Notes under the pieces: generated by a model
Databases searched by the model: none
What the model was told of the DNA's origin: nothing
What the model saw: the letters and a program-made list of their open reading frames with translations, nothing else
Position numbers and translations under genes: made by a program
IMG/VR virus record: IMGVR_UViG_3300047476_000972
Span: 13,562-77,561 of that record
Direction: 5' to 3' (one strand)
Origin: a virus
DNA: 64,000 nt
In this document: piece after piece, positions 41,806 through 50,826 of the stretch
How positions within the stretch are numbered: the stretch's first letter is position 1
How the letters are laid out: each line of letters starts with the position of its first letter

Positions 41806-42554
41806 TAGTCGCCTGTCTCGACGATGAACTGGGGGCGGTGGAACTTTTCTGAATAATCAAGCATGGTAACCATCGAGTGCTTAGTTCCAGATAGAACCGG
41901 CATTGCTCGATGAGGGTACATGTAATTAGACGGGAAGATGTATAGGTCTCCTGCAGTGGGCTTCACTTTAACATTCTGCAACCTAAAGTACAGCTCTCCA
42001 CCTTCGTAGTCATCGTTAGGGAAGGCCACTAATGACGTGACGCAGTTGTAGGAGAACCCGTGATCATGGTGCTCTTGGAAGTGCTGCCCTGGACCGTACT
42101 TAATAAAGTTAGTTGCCTCCCAGTAGCGCAGTTCTCCGATGTTGTACATCTTGGTGTAGTGCTTTACCGCTTGGAGCTGTCGGTGATGGGTCTCTTCCCA
42201 AAGGGCTACCAGCTTCTGAGCAGCTTCGGAAGGGTCGTGCTGAATGTCTGTTTTCTTGTACTTAAAGTCAACGCAGTCGCGGTACTCTGGCATTTTTACG
42301 CCATAACCAACTAGAGCTTCCTCGTAGTGGTATTGGTTGCTTGGGTCAAGAAGTACGTCTTCTAACCGCTGAATCACCTGTAGCTCGGTTGGAATTACGT
42401 TTCTGTAAACCCAGATGCCAGACATGGGGACGACTTCTTCCGCGGTAGTCCAAGTCTTTTCTTCAATTTCATACCACTTAGTAAGACGAACATTGTGATC
42501 GTTGATGTCTTGCATCATCTTTTCTGTTGGCTTTCCTACATGATTGTTCTGCAT
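41805..42554 (-). CDS. 2OG-Fe(II) oxygenase (P4H-like)
   Basis: H-H-D, NDDYEGGEL, HRA and K motifs. Confidence 0.85.
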   Translation of the reverse strand: MQNNHVGKPTEKMMQDINDHNVRLTKWYEIEEKTWTTAEEVVPMSGIWVYRNVIPTELQVIQRLEDVLLDPSNQYHYEEALVGYGVKMPEYRDCVDFKYKKTDIQHDPSEAAQKLVALWEETHHRQLQAVKHYTKMYNIGELRYWEATNFIKYGPGQHFQEHHDHGFSYNCVTSLVAFPNDDYEGGELYFRLQNVKVKPTAGDLYIFPSNYMYPHRAMPVLSGTKHSMVTMLDYSEKFHRPQFIVETGD

Positions 42555-42561
42555 GATTGTC

Positions 42562-43305
42562 CTAATACTTCAACTTGTATTCTTGAATAATTGGGGATAC
42601 CTTGTGGTTCACGTCTCCGCGATCGTTGTAGTCAGTCATAATTACAACGGCATATTTTGTTCCAGAGATCATGTCTTGGGAGGCGTGCTCATAGATGTAG
42701 GTTGATGGGAAAACAACTACGTCTCCGGCCTTTGGCTTAATAGATAGGCCGTTCATTCGAGGGAACCAAATCTCTCCGCCCTCATAGTCGTCGTTTAGAT
42801 ATACAACTACTGAGACAGTGCACACGTAGGTTGGGCCATGATCAGCGTGAACCTTAAAGTGAGTTCCTGATCCTTCATACTTTACAAAGTTAAAAGCCTC
42901 GTATGAGCAGATCCCCACTCCCCAGTAGCGGCCGTAGTCATCCACACACTGGCGAACTGCTTGGAACACGGCTTCGTGTACATCGTAGAGTTCGGCATTG
43001 TGCTCGTTACGAGGACCTAGGCCAGTGGAGTTGATTTTAAAGTCTTGTGCATTTCTCGCATTGACGTCTACGTCAGCAGAAGAAGTAACCTTTGCTCCTT
43101 GCCAACGATACCTGCCAGTGCCATCTAAATTTTTTTCTAGGGTGTCAATGTAGTGCTTACCTTGTTCTTTGGTAATTGCACCACTATAGACGTTTACGCC
43201 TAGGGCTGGATTTGCTACGGTAATAGCTGGATTAGTGGTAGCCTGTCGATCAGGCATACGATGCGCTGAGGTCTCTGACCTGTCTTTAGTAAACCAATCA
43301 TTCAT
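42562..43305 (-). CDS. 2OG-Fe(II) oxygenase (P4H-like), probably leaderless from ATG 43305
   Basis: H-A-D, YLNDDYEGGEI, HAS and KY motifs; TATACT 6 nt upstream of the second ATG. Confidence 0.85.
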   Translation of the reverse strand: MNDWFTKDRSETSAHRMPDRQATTNPAITVANPALGVNVYSGAITKEQGKHYIDTLEKNLDGTGRYRWQGAKVTSSADVDVNARNAQDFKINSTGLGPRNEHNAELYDVHEAVFQAVRQCVDDYGRYWGVGICSYEAFNFVKYEGSGTHFKVHADHGPTYVCTVSVVVYLNDDYEGGEIWFPRMNGLSIKPKAGDVVVFPSTYIYEHASQDMISGTKYAVVIMTDYNDRGDVNHKVSPIIQEYKLKY

Positions 43306-43337
43306 GCATTTAGTATACATACGAATATGTAAAAATG

Positions 43338-44114
43338 CTAGATTATCGGGACATATCCTTCAAGATTTTTTGGGAAGTCTGCTGGCGGGCAGTAGCACTC
43401 TGGGCACCCTATACACTCTTTGTTTTTAGGGGGTAGCCCCTCAAATGAGATAGGCTTTCCGGTGGCTTCGTAGAACCGTATCTCGGCATCATGCGTATAC
43501 TCTTTTGCTAATTTCCTAAAAGAGTCTTTGTCAACTGTATTGCTGTCTAGGTTGTAGGACCAATCTTCAGGCTTAGAATATATGGCAAAAAAGACGATCA
43601 TATAATCTTCGTCATTAGTTGATGGATATGGTGGCCTACCGTGTATATGCTGTTGGCCATTAAAAAAGACAGCTGAATTTTCTTCTTCGGAGTATACGTG
43701 GCCTTCTATTTCTACTCCCCAGTCCGAGATTCCGTGCTTTACAACGCATAGATCCATCAAATACTGGCTAGAAGTGTCATCTAGATGTCTCCAAAGATAT
43801 GGGACTATGTCTTCTTGTTTTTGATATCTAGCTGCAAAGATAAAGTTTTGTTTTAGATCAGGCTCTCCCCAGCTCTCCCTTGCCAAAGCCAGCAACTCTT
43901 CTCCCACAAAATGAGGGATCTCGGGGTTACAAGTCCATCTCCCTGAGATTGTGTGGTACTTAGCTGAAGAGCCTGGTCCCCACTCTTGAGCCATAAGTAC
44001 TTCTTTTATGGCATTGAAGCTTTTCTCAGAGAGCAGGTTGCTCTTCTTAAATGGTTTATACGGGGTAGGCAAAGGCCACTTTATGTTTGGACTGTTGTCT
44101 GCATAAAGTGGCAC
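43338..44114 (-). CDS. Divergent 2OG-Fe(II) oxygenase-like protein with Cys-rich tail
   Basis: ARY...H-L-D and F.GQQHIHGRP DSBH motifs; C-terminal CIGCPECYC. Confidence 0.6.
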   Translation of the reverse strand: MPLYADNSPNIKWPLPTPYKPFKKSNLLSEKSFNAIKEVLMAQEWGPGSSAKYHTISGRWTCNPEIPHFVGEELLALARESWGEPDLKQNFIFAARYQKQEDIVPYLWRHLDDTSSQYLMDLCVVKHGISDWGVEIEGHVYSEEENSAVFFNGQQHIHGRPPYPSTNDEDYMIVFFAIYSKPEDWSYNLDSNTVDKDSFRKLAKEYTHDAEIRFYEATGKPISFEGLPPKNKECIGCPECYCPPADFPKNLEGYVPII

Positions 44115-44139
44115 TTTGCTACTACCCTATCCCTCTACT

Positions 44140-44955
44140 TTAGAGGATTCGCATGAACCTCGGTGGGAAGAATGGGAATGATGGTGGGAAGAACGGGAAG
44201 AACGGGAAGAACGGGAAGTAAGGGAAGAACGGGAAGAATGGGAAGTAAGGGAAATATGGTGGGAAGAACGGGAAGAACGGGAAGAACGGGAAGTAAGGGA
44301 AGAATGGCGGAAAGAATGGGAAATATGGCGGGAAGAACGGCGGGGTTGTATTGCTAGTGGAGTAGTCAGACCACGCAGAAGTTCCGTTTGCGTTGGTTAC
44401 GCGAACTCTATACTGCTGTGAGGTATCTGCCTCTTGAGCTACGTTTGCAGATGTTCCTGTTGTGTTGCCTGACTTGGAGTCGGTGCTCTCCCAGTAGTAT
44501 GTGCTGAGGGTTGCACCGCCAGTAGCTGGTGCTGACCAAGAAACATAGTCTGTCTGATCGCCAGAAAAGTTCTGAACTGTTGGTGCATTTGGAGTGGCAG
44601 GAACTGTAGTGATAGTTACAGAGCCAGATTCGGTTGAAAGTGCAGAAGTTCCAGCAGCATTTGTTGCTGAAACTTTAAAGGTGTATGAAGCAGCTGAATC
44701 TAGGCCACCAACAACAATCGGAGAAGATCCGCCGGTTAGGTTTGTGGCAGTGGTGTCTTCTATTCCGCTTTTATATGCAATTACAGTAAATGAAGTCGCA
44801 GAAGGAGAGTCGGCTGGGAGCTCGAAAGAAACGCTAGCCGCACCGTCATTGAAGGCGCGGTTAGTTCCGACGTTACTACCCGAAACATTTATTGGGGCTT
44901 TTGGCTCCAAAAAGTCGTTAGACGCCTGAGACTTTCTACCAGCTCTCTTGCTCAT
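44140..44955 (-). CDS. Two-FN3-domain virion protein with a 63-aa Pro/Phe/Tyr repeat C-terminus
   Basis: FN3 motifs (SPIVVGGL..A.SYTFKVSATN; VSWSAPATGG; YRVRVTNANG); tail PPFFPPYFPFF...PPRFMRIL. Confidence 0.85.
   Translation of the reverse strand: MSKRAGRKSQASNDFLEPKAPINVSGSNVGTNRAFNDGAASVSFELPADSPSATSFTVIAYKSGIEDTTATNLTGGSSPIVVGGLDSAASYTFKVSATNAAGTSALSTESGSVTITTVPATPNAPTVQNFSGDQTDYVSWSAPATGGATLSTYYWESTDSKSGNTTGTSANVAQEADTSQQYRVRVTNANGTSAWSDYSTSNTTPPFFPPYFPFFPPFFPYFPFFPFFPFFPPYFPYFPFFPFFPYFPFFPFFPFFPPSFPFFPPRFMRIL
44155..44343 (-). repeat. Tandem 9/12-nt coding repeat, 19 units of (P/PP)-[F/Y/S/R]-F
   Basis: Plus strand shows repeated GGGAAGAAC / GGGAAGTAA / GGGAAATATGG units, all multiples of 3. 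Confidence 0.9.
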
Positions 44956-44969
44956 TTAATTCTCTCCTA

Positions 44970-47888
44970 TTAGGCGGTCAAGTCGCCGTATACCAGCCAT
45001 GTGTTAGAGGCACGCTTTAATAGTGTAGCAGATGACCAGCGGGTCCTTAGCTTTAGACCCGGGGTAGCGTTTACAGTAACTCCGACCGCGCCCTCAATTG
45101 TGACTTGACCTGTATTGGTCTGAATAATGTCCAGAGTGGTTCCAACTGGATAGTCCACGGTCGAGTCTGCAGGAATTGTTAGTGTGGTTGCCGAGGTCTT
45201 GCTGATCTCTATGATGGTATCACGCTCATTGAGATTAGACAGAGTATATGAGTCAGTCTTAGCTGAGATGGTCGTGATAGATGGAACACCTTGCTTAGTC
45301 TGAGCTCCGTCAGTGAATGCAACTCCAGATGCTCCTACGGTGACAGTTCCTGTGAATGTAGGATCTGCAGTCGGGGCCTTGGCGTCAATCTGAGTCTGAA
45401 TTGCTGAAGTAACACCATTCAAGTACTGAAGTTCTGTGTTTGACACATCTCCAATAGTTGCCGATTCAGCGGTGAGCGAGTCAACCGCGATCGAAGCTAG
45501 AGCGAAGCTAGAGTGGGCAGTGTTGATAAAGACTGATTCGTCTGGCTCTGGTGTGTAGCCGTCGAAAATCTTAAATACTCCATCACTAGCATCCCTAAAC
45601 ATACCAGCGTGAGCATATCCAGCACCATTTACTGTGTCGTAACGACCAGCAGCCCAACCTAGGTCAGGGTTGAAGTGGACCTTGCCTCGCGCGGTTCCAC
45701 CGCTAGTGTAGGTATCGGTTACGGTGCTAGTTACTGTGAAGGTAGTACTGGTTACAGCCGTAATCTCTAGGCCGTCACCAGAAATGTTGAATGAAGATGG
45801 AGTCACGCCTGTTACAGTTACATAGTCTCCGGCCTCGTAACCGTGGGCAGCTTGAGTTGTATATACAACTTCGGTACCGCTACCAACAGCATTGGTGATG
45901 GTGCTCATGCCCGCTTGGTTGAGGTAGATCATGTTGTCGCGTAGCTTTAGGTCAGCTGCACTAACGGTTGTAGTAGTTCCTTGAACTACTAGGTTTCCAG
46001 TAATGGTTAGACCTGGAATCTCTACTGACCCAGTGAAAGTTGCCCCAGAAAGCCCAGCCTTTGCATCTAGCTGAGTCTGAATGGCACTAGTCACGCCGTT
46101 TACGTAACCAATCTCCGTTGAAGAAACATCGCCAATTGAGGTAGTCGATGGAAGTGAAATTGTTCCACTGAATGTTGCATCTGCAGTCGGTGCCTTTAGA
46201 TCCAAAGCACTCTGAGTATCGGTGGAAATTGGCTTGTCCGCATCGGCGGTGTTGTCTACGTTTCCAAGGCCAACCATGCCCTTAGTAATTCCAGAAACAG
46301 TGCCGGTGAAAGTAGGGCTTTCAGTTGGAGCTTTGTCGTTCAGCTGAGTCTGGATTGCGCTAGTTACGCCATCTACATAGTTTAGTTCTGTAGTAGTGGC
46401 AGTAATTCCGTCTAGAGTGTTTAGCTCAGAAGTGGAGGCTGTGATACCGCTTAGAGTGTTGAGCTCTGAAGTAGACGCCGTGATGCCGTTCAAAGTATTT
46501 AGCTCTGAGGTGGTCGCGGTAATTCCGTCTAGAGTGTTAATCTCTGCAGCTGTAGCTGTAACGCCATTTAGGATGTTTAGCTCTGCTGTAGTGGAGGTAA
46601 TTCCGTCCAATACGTTAAGCTCTGCGGCCGAAGCCGTAATCCCATCAAGGGTGTTTAGCTCCGCTGTCGTTGCTGTAATACCATCCAAAACATTTAGCTC
46701 TGAGCTCGAAACTGTAATACCGCTCAAGGTGTTTAGCTCAGTAGTTGAGATAACGACTCCATCTAGAACATTTAGTTCAGTGGCGTTAGCTGTAAGACCA
46801 GCGATGTTCAAGATGTCGGCTGCAGTTACAGTTCCAATAGTTGTTGATGATGGTAGCGACACGTTACCAGTAAAGGTAGGACCGTCTAAGTACGCTAGGT
46901 TAGCTGTATCAGAAATACCGTGCACCGAAGTAGTGTCAGAGTTATGGGTAGTAATAGCGGAAGATACGTCAGTTAGATACGCCAAATCTTCAGTATTGGT
47001 GATACCGTGAATATTTGTAGATACGTTGTGATCGGTGATTGCATTATCAGCGTATGTTTCATATGCAGTCGTTAGGCTTGAGGTCAGGGATGCAATCTCA
47101 GATGAGGTTGTTCCTGCGTAGTCAAGAGAAGTCCAGGCTGTTACACCGTTTCCAATCTTAAACTTGCCAGTATTGCTTTCTAGAGCAAATACGTTTGCCG
47201 ATACAACTGGGTTTGTGTTAGTCCAGTTAGTAGAAGTATTGATCTCTAGAGTGGCTTTAGTGCCAATAGAAGTCGTGATGGTCGAAGCAAAGTTCGGGTC
47301 ATCACCTAGTGCAGCAGCCAGCTCGTTCAACGTGTTTAGTGTCGTTGGAGAAGAGTCAATCAGGTTAGCAATTGCAGTGTCAGTGTATGAATTAGCAGCT
47401 GATTCTGCTGAGTCTGCCTTTGACTGAGCACCAGTCTGAGTTTCTAATTCGCTCGTATCTGCGATTCCATGAACGCTTGTAGTGTCTGCGTTGTGGTTAT
47501 ATACAGAGGTGTCTGTGTAATCTTTTACTTCGATTTCTAAAGCATCCACCTTCGACTGAGCGCCAGTCTGGGTCTCGAGAGCAGATGTGTCAGCGATTCC
47601 GTGAACGTTGGTGGTGTCTGAGGCATGGGTTGAAAGATCGCTAGAGGAGGCCTTTGCATCTAGCTGAGTTTGAATAGCAGAGGTAACACCGTCTAGATAG
47701 CCGATCTCGGTATCAGAAACTCCGGTCACTGCACCGACATATGGAAGTGACGTCCACGCTGTTGAACCATTACCTACTTTAACCTTGCCAGTATCGGTCT
47801 CAAATGCGAGCTCGCCTACGGAAAGAGTAGGGTTAGTAGAGGTCCAGTTAGCCGCTGTACCGCGACGTATTTGAATTTTAACTGCCAT
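44970..47888 (-). CDS. Long tail/neck fibre with Mtd-N (hyaluronidase-N)-like domain, 13-aa repeats and C-terminal docking domain
   Basis: IQIRRGTAANWT..NP.L..GE..FETDT...K.G.G.TAW..L.Y (twice); TLNTLNELAAAL; ITATT.ELN.LDG repeats; recurring VTSAIQTQL..KA. Confidence 0.8.
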   Translation of the reverse strand: MAVKIQIRRGTAANWTSTNPTLSVGELAFETDTGKVKVGNGSTAWTSLPYVGAVTGVSDTEIGYLDGVTSAIQTQLDAKASSSDLSTHASDTTNVHGIADTSALETQTGAQSKVDALEIEVKDYTDTSVYNHNADTTSVHGIADTSELETQTGAQSKADSAESAANSYTDTAIANLIDSSPTTLNTLNELAAALGDDPNFASTITTSIGTKATLEINTSTNWTNTNPVVSANVFALESNTGKFKIGNGVTAWTSLDYAGTTSSEIASLTSSLTTAYETYADNAITDHNVSTNIHGITNTEDLAYLTDVSSAITTHNSDTTSVHGISDTANLAYLDGPTFTGNVSLPSSTTIGTVTAADILNIAGLTANATELNVLDGVVISTTELNTLSGITVSSSELNVLDGITATTAELNTLDGITASAAELNVLDGITSTTAELNILNGVTATAAEINTLDGITATTSELNTLNGITASTSELNTLSGITASTSELNTLDGITATTTELNYVDGVTSAIQTQLNDKAPTESPTFTGTVSGITKGMVGLGNVDNTADADKPISTDTQSALDLKAPTADATFSGTISLPSTTSIGDVSSTEIGYVNGVTSAIQTQLDAKAGLSGATFTGSVEIPGLTITGNLVVQGTTTTVSAADLKLRDNMIYLNQAGMSTITNAVGSGTEVVYTTQAAHGYEAGDYVTVTGVTPSSFNISGDGLEITAVTSTTFTVTSTVTDTYTSGGTARGKVHFNPDLGWAAGRYDTVNGAGYAHAGMFRDASDGVFKIFDGYTPEPDESVFINTAHSSFALASIAVDSLTAESATIGDVSNTELQYLNGVTSAIQTQIDAKAPTADPTFTGTVTVGASGVAFTDGAQTKQGVPSITTISAKTDSYTLSNLNERDTIIEISKTSATTLTIPADSTVDYPVGTTLDIIQTNTGQVTIEGAVGVTVNATPGLKLRTRWSSATLLKRASNTWLVYGDLTA
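46340..46800 (-). repeat. About 11 degenerate 39-nt (13-aa) repeats in the fibre shaft
   Basis: ITA(S/T)T(S/A)ELN(T/V/I)L(D/S/N)G units. Confidence 0.85.
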
Positions 47889-48289
47889 TAGAAGCTACTT
47901 TCGTTTCCACCGTCATATACCGACACAAATAGCGTGGTGTTGTGAAGTCCACCATCTATTGTACCAGTAAAATCGGTTGTATTGTATGATCCGCCGTCCC
48001 CTGTGATTAGCCCAAAGTTGGCCAGCATGTCAATAAAATTGACGTTAACCCATTTGCTAGTGCTACCGTCATATATAAGTGTCTGCCCATTGATTGGGTC
48101 AGTTAGTGTCGCGTCTGTTAGCTCGGATAGTGCCGACGCGCCACTCCCCTGGGATGCTACCCACGAGCTACCGTTGTGTACATAGATCGCTTGCTCGTCT
48201 AGTTTGTAAAAGAGATCGCCAGCAGAGCCTACCGACGGGAGGGTTGCTCCCGACGGTAGACCAACTGGTGTTAAAAACCTTCTAGACAA
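47888..48289 (-). CDS. Fibre adaptor protein
   Basis: N-terminal MSRRFLT (cf. MAKQFLT of the next gene); LSELTD..L..P..GQ.L.YD...KWVN; repeated DGG motifs. Confidence 0.65.
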   Translation of the reverse strand: MSRRFLTPVGLPSGATLPSVGSAGDLFYKLDEQAIYVHNGSSWVASQGSGASALSELTDATLTDPINGQTLIYDGSTSKWVNVNFIDMLANFGLITGDGGSYNTTDFTGTIDGGLHNTTLFVSVYDGGNESSF

Positions 48290-48314
48290 GTTCTATCCTC
48301 GGTAGATTGTGAAA

Positions 48315-49979
48315 CTAGCCTACAACAACAACGCGGTATGAATCAGCACTAACATCCCCAGAAACCCATGAAAGAGTAACTACTGAGGTGCTGGTGCGAA
48401 CTACATCTACCTCGACTTGGTCGTAACTTACTGCATCAAAGACCTGTACAGTTACGTCGCGAGTTCCCAGACCGTGAGTCACGGTCCAAGTTACTGAACC
48501 TGAGGTTGCGGTTAGGGCTGAGTTGTTTACAGCGTACTTAGTTGTAGGTGCTGCAGCGGTAATTGCATCCGCGATCTCGGTATCTACGTATTGCTTGGTA
48601 GCTGCGTGTAGGTTGCTAGATGGGTCGGCGTGTAGAGTTAGGGCACCGGTCATGGTGTCGCCAGACTTAGCTACCTTTTCGCCAATTGAGGTGGTGATGG
48701 TTGTAGCGAAGCTAGCGTCATCGTTAATCGCAGCAGCGAGCTCGTTAAGAGTGTCTAGTAGTGCTGGAGCACCGTCTACTAGATCTGAAACTGCAGTAGC
48801 GATTCGATCAGTAATGGTGTTGCCAGTTGAACCATTTACAGTGGCGTCACCAATGTACTGGTCAAGCTTGCCTTGAGTGACAATCTCATTGGTAGAGGTG
48901 GCTGATCCCTTGTAAACACTACCATCAGCGTTAAGGATGATGTCACCGCTGTTTGATTCGAGTGACAAATCACCAGATGCCTCTAGTACAAGAGCACCAG
49001 CAGTATCTGCCACCTGAGAGCCGTTGACACCGAACTCGAGGGCTCCATCGATAGTCTTGTTGCTGAGTGTCTGAATATCTGAGGTGCCAACAATGTCACC
49101 AGTCACACCGTGTGTTGAGGTGTCTGAAATGTGTGTGGTTAGGTCACCAGCAACTGTAGATGCTGCACCTGCAGCGTCATACCAAGTGTCAACTGTGGTG
49201 CGGTCAATCTGAATTTGGCCGGTAGCAATTTCAAGACCGCCGCTAGTAGCAAGGTCAGCCGAGATTGTTCCAGTCGAGTAAGTGATACCGTCGCCGCCTG
49301 ATAGGTGGCTATCTACTAGGCTGTCTGCGTAGTACTTGTTAGTAGTACCTTCAGTTAGATCATCCGTAGTCGAGTCAGCAACGCCATTCTCAGCTGTGAT
49401 TGTTAGACCAGCGCCGTTACCTGTAATGGTTATGTTGGTTAGAGTTGCGCCAGTTAGAAGCTCGGCAGCATCGGTCTTTGCACGTGACTCGGTGTAGTAA
49501 AGGTTAGTTACACCTTCTTCGATGTCGTCGGTATCTAGCCCGTTGATAGCTGTGTCGGTGTAGCTATTTGCGTTAGTTTCGGCTGTTGAAGCCGCGCCAG
49601 CCGCATCGTAGTTAGTAGCAAGGCTGTCAGCGTAGGATTCTGCGTTCGCCTGGGCAGTCGATGCGGCACCTGCAGCGTCATACGCTGATGCAGTTGCATC
49701 TAGTGCACGCTGGTTGGTGAAATAAAGATTACTTACGCCCTCTTCGATGTCATCAGTATCCAATGCATCAATTGCATTGTTGATCGCTTCGGTAACGTTA
49801 CCGCCAGCAGCTAGCGCAAGCCAGTCTGTACCATTCCAAACGGTTAGCTGGTTAGTGTCAGTGTCGTAGTAGATCTGACCAGATACTGGGCTTGATGGTG
49901 GGGTGGATAGGTTTTGAATTCTTGCATTGAGAAGCTCATTCTTATTAAGATTGAGCCCCGTGAGGAACTGCTTAGCCAT
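48315..49979 (-). CDS. Fibre protein
   Basis: LNLNKNELLNARIQNL, TDDI.EG..NLY repeats, LDTLNELAAA, AATKQYVD; C-terminal VTHGLGTRDV.VQV domain. Confidence 0.75.
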   Translation of the reverse strand: MAKQFLTGLNLNKNELLNARIQNLSTPPSSPVSGQIYYDTDTNQLTVWNGTDWLALAAGGNVTEAINNAIDALDTDDIEEGVSNLYFTNQRALDATASAYDAAGAASTAQANAESYADSLATNYDAAGAASTAETNANSYTDTAINGLDTDDIEEGVTNLYYTESRAKTDAAELLTGATLTNITITGNGAGLTITAENGVADSTTDDLTEGTTNKYYADSLVDSHLSGGDGITYSTGTISADLATSGGLEIATGQIQIDRTTVDTWYDAAGAASTVAGDLTTHISDTSTHGVTGDIVGTSDIQTLSNKTIDGALEFGVNGSQVADTAGALVLEASGDLSLESNSGDIILNADGSVYKGSATSTNEIVTQGKLDQYIGDATVNGSTGNTITDRIATAVSDLVDGAPALLDTLNELAAAINDDASFATTITTSIGEKVAKSGDTMTGALTLHADPSSNLHAATKQYVDTEIADAITAAAPTTKYAVNNSALTATSGSVTWTVTHGLGTRDVTVQVFDAVSYDQVEVDVVRTSTSVVTLSWVSGDVSADSYRVVVVG

Positions 49980-49991
49980 TTTTTTTCTTTC

Positions 49992-50309
49992 TTATGAGAG
50001 ATGAGCCGTCCCAGCAAGTGCGCTGGAGAAGGTTATTGTTAGGGTTGTTTCGTTGGTATGTGTTACGTTCCCCTCTACCTGATCGCCAGCACTATTGAAT
50101 ACTGTGACGTTAGGGTAGAAGTTAAGATTGTGATTTATAGTCCATGTACTAAGAGGTGCGTTTTGAAGGTGGCGGTAAGACACTAGATCAACTATGTTTT
50201 CAGCTTGAACACCGTCAGCACCTGCCGGTCCCTGTGGGCCGGGGGCGGTGACAACTATCTGCCTAACATAGCGTCCAGTAGTGATACTGCTTGGAACGTC
50301 TCCAGCCAC
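49992..50309 (-). CDS. Small fibre linker protein
   Basis: Short GPQGPAG segment plus a W.INHNL..YP.VTV domain. Confidence 0.65.
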   Translation of the reverse strand: MAGDVPSSITTGRYVRQIVVTAPGPQGPAGADGVQAENIVDLVSYRHLQNAPLSTWTINHNLNFYPNVTVFNSAGDQVEGNVTHTNETTLTITFSSALAGTAHLS

Positions 50310-50671
50310 TATCTAGTCACCTCCGACCTAACTACAAAATTGCCTTGTATTAATTTGTATATGTATAGAGTGTTAGAAGGAGCTATTAGTTCTAAGTCAT
50401 ATACATACTTGTCTTCTGGAATCGTAGTCATAACTTCGTCCGAAACCAGAAGAGTTATTTGACCATTAGTCGCATGCAGTGAAATCCCCCCGTTTTCGGT
50501 GGTGAGCTCTAGAACTACAGTGGAACTATCGGCCGTTTTTCTGACTTGCATCCTAGCCTTGTAGCCTCCCATGAGTATTGGCTTCTTTGCTGGATCCCTC
50601 CACACGATGGTGCGAGAAAACGTAGAGCCTTGATTGGCTACTATGTTGTAAAGTCCAGCGGGGGTGCTCAT
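50309..50671 (-). CDS. BppU-like fibre anchor/adaptor protein (module A)
   Basis: YNI..NQGSTF, GY.ARMQVR, LELTTENG and YVYDLEL...QGNF.V..EVT. Confidence 0.7.
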   Translation of the reverse strand: MSTPAGLYNIVANQGSTFSRTIVWRDPAKKPILMGGYKARMQVRKTADSSTVVLELTTENGGISLHATNGQITLLVSDEVMTTIPEDKYVYDLELIAPSNTLYIYKLIQGNFVVRSEVTR

Positions 50672-50742
50672 GGTAGGCTTTCGGCTAAATAGAAGACACT
50701 ATTATTGTACCTCATTTGGTTTGTGGTAAGATGTTGAGATTT

Positions 50743-50789
50743 CTCATACATTTAGTATTTTTTAAATAAAAAACCACTACATCTTGTGG
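50743..50789. promoter_or_regulatory. NrdR-box-like operator(s)
   Basis: CCACTACATCTTGTGG (50774-50789) fits the NrdR consensus; weaker CTCATACATTTAGTAT lies 31 bp upstream; both precede the gene run leading to nrdHIEF. Confidence 0.55.
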
Positions 50790-50826
50790 TTTTTACTTGA
50801 TTTAGAAACCAATCTATAATTGTCAA

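Noticed and set aside
44155-44343. Possible diversity-generating retroelement variable region
   Set aside because: No reverse transcriptase and no TR/VR pair with A-specific mismatches in the window.
46340-46800. Regularly spaced 39-nt repeats that could look like a CRISPR array
   Set aside because: They are degenerate at third codon positions, have no unique spacers and lie in frame in a fibre gene; no cas operon is present (the Cas4-like gene is a replication exonuclease).
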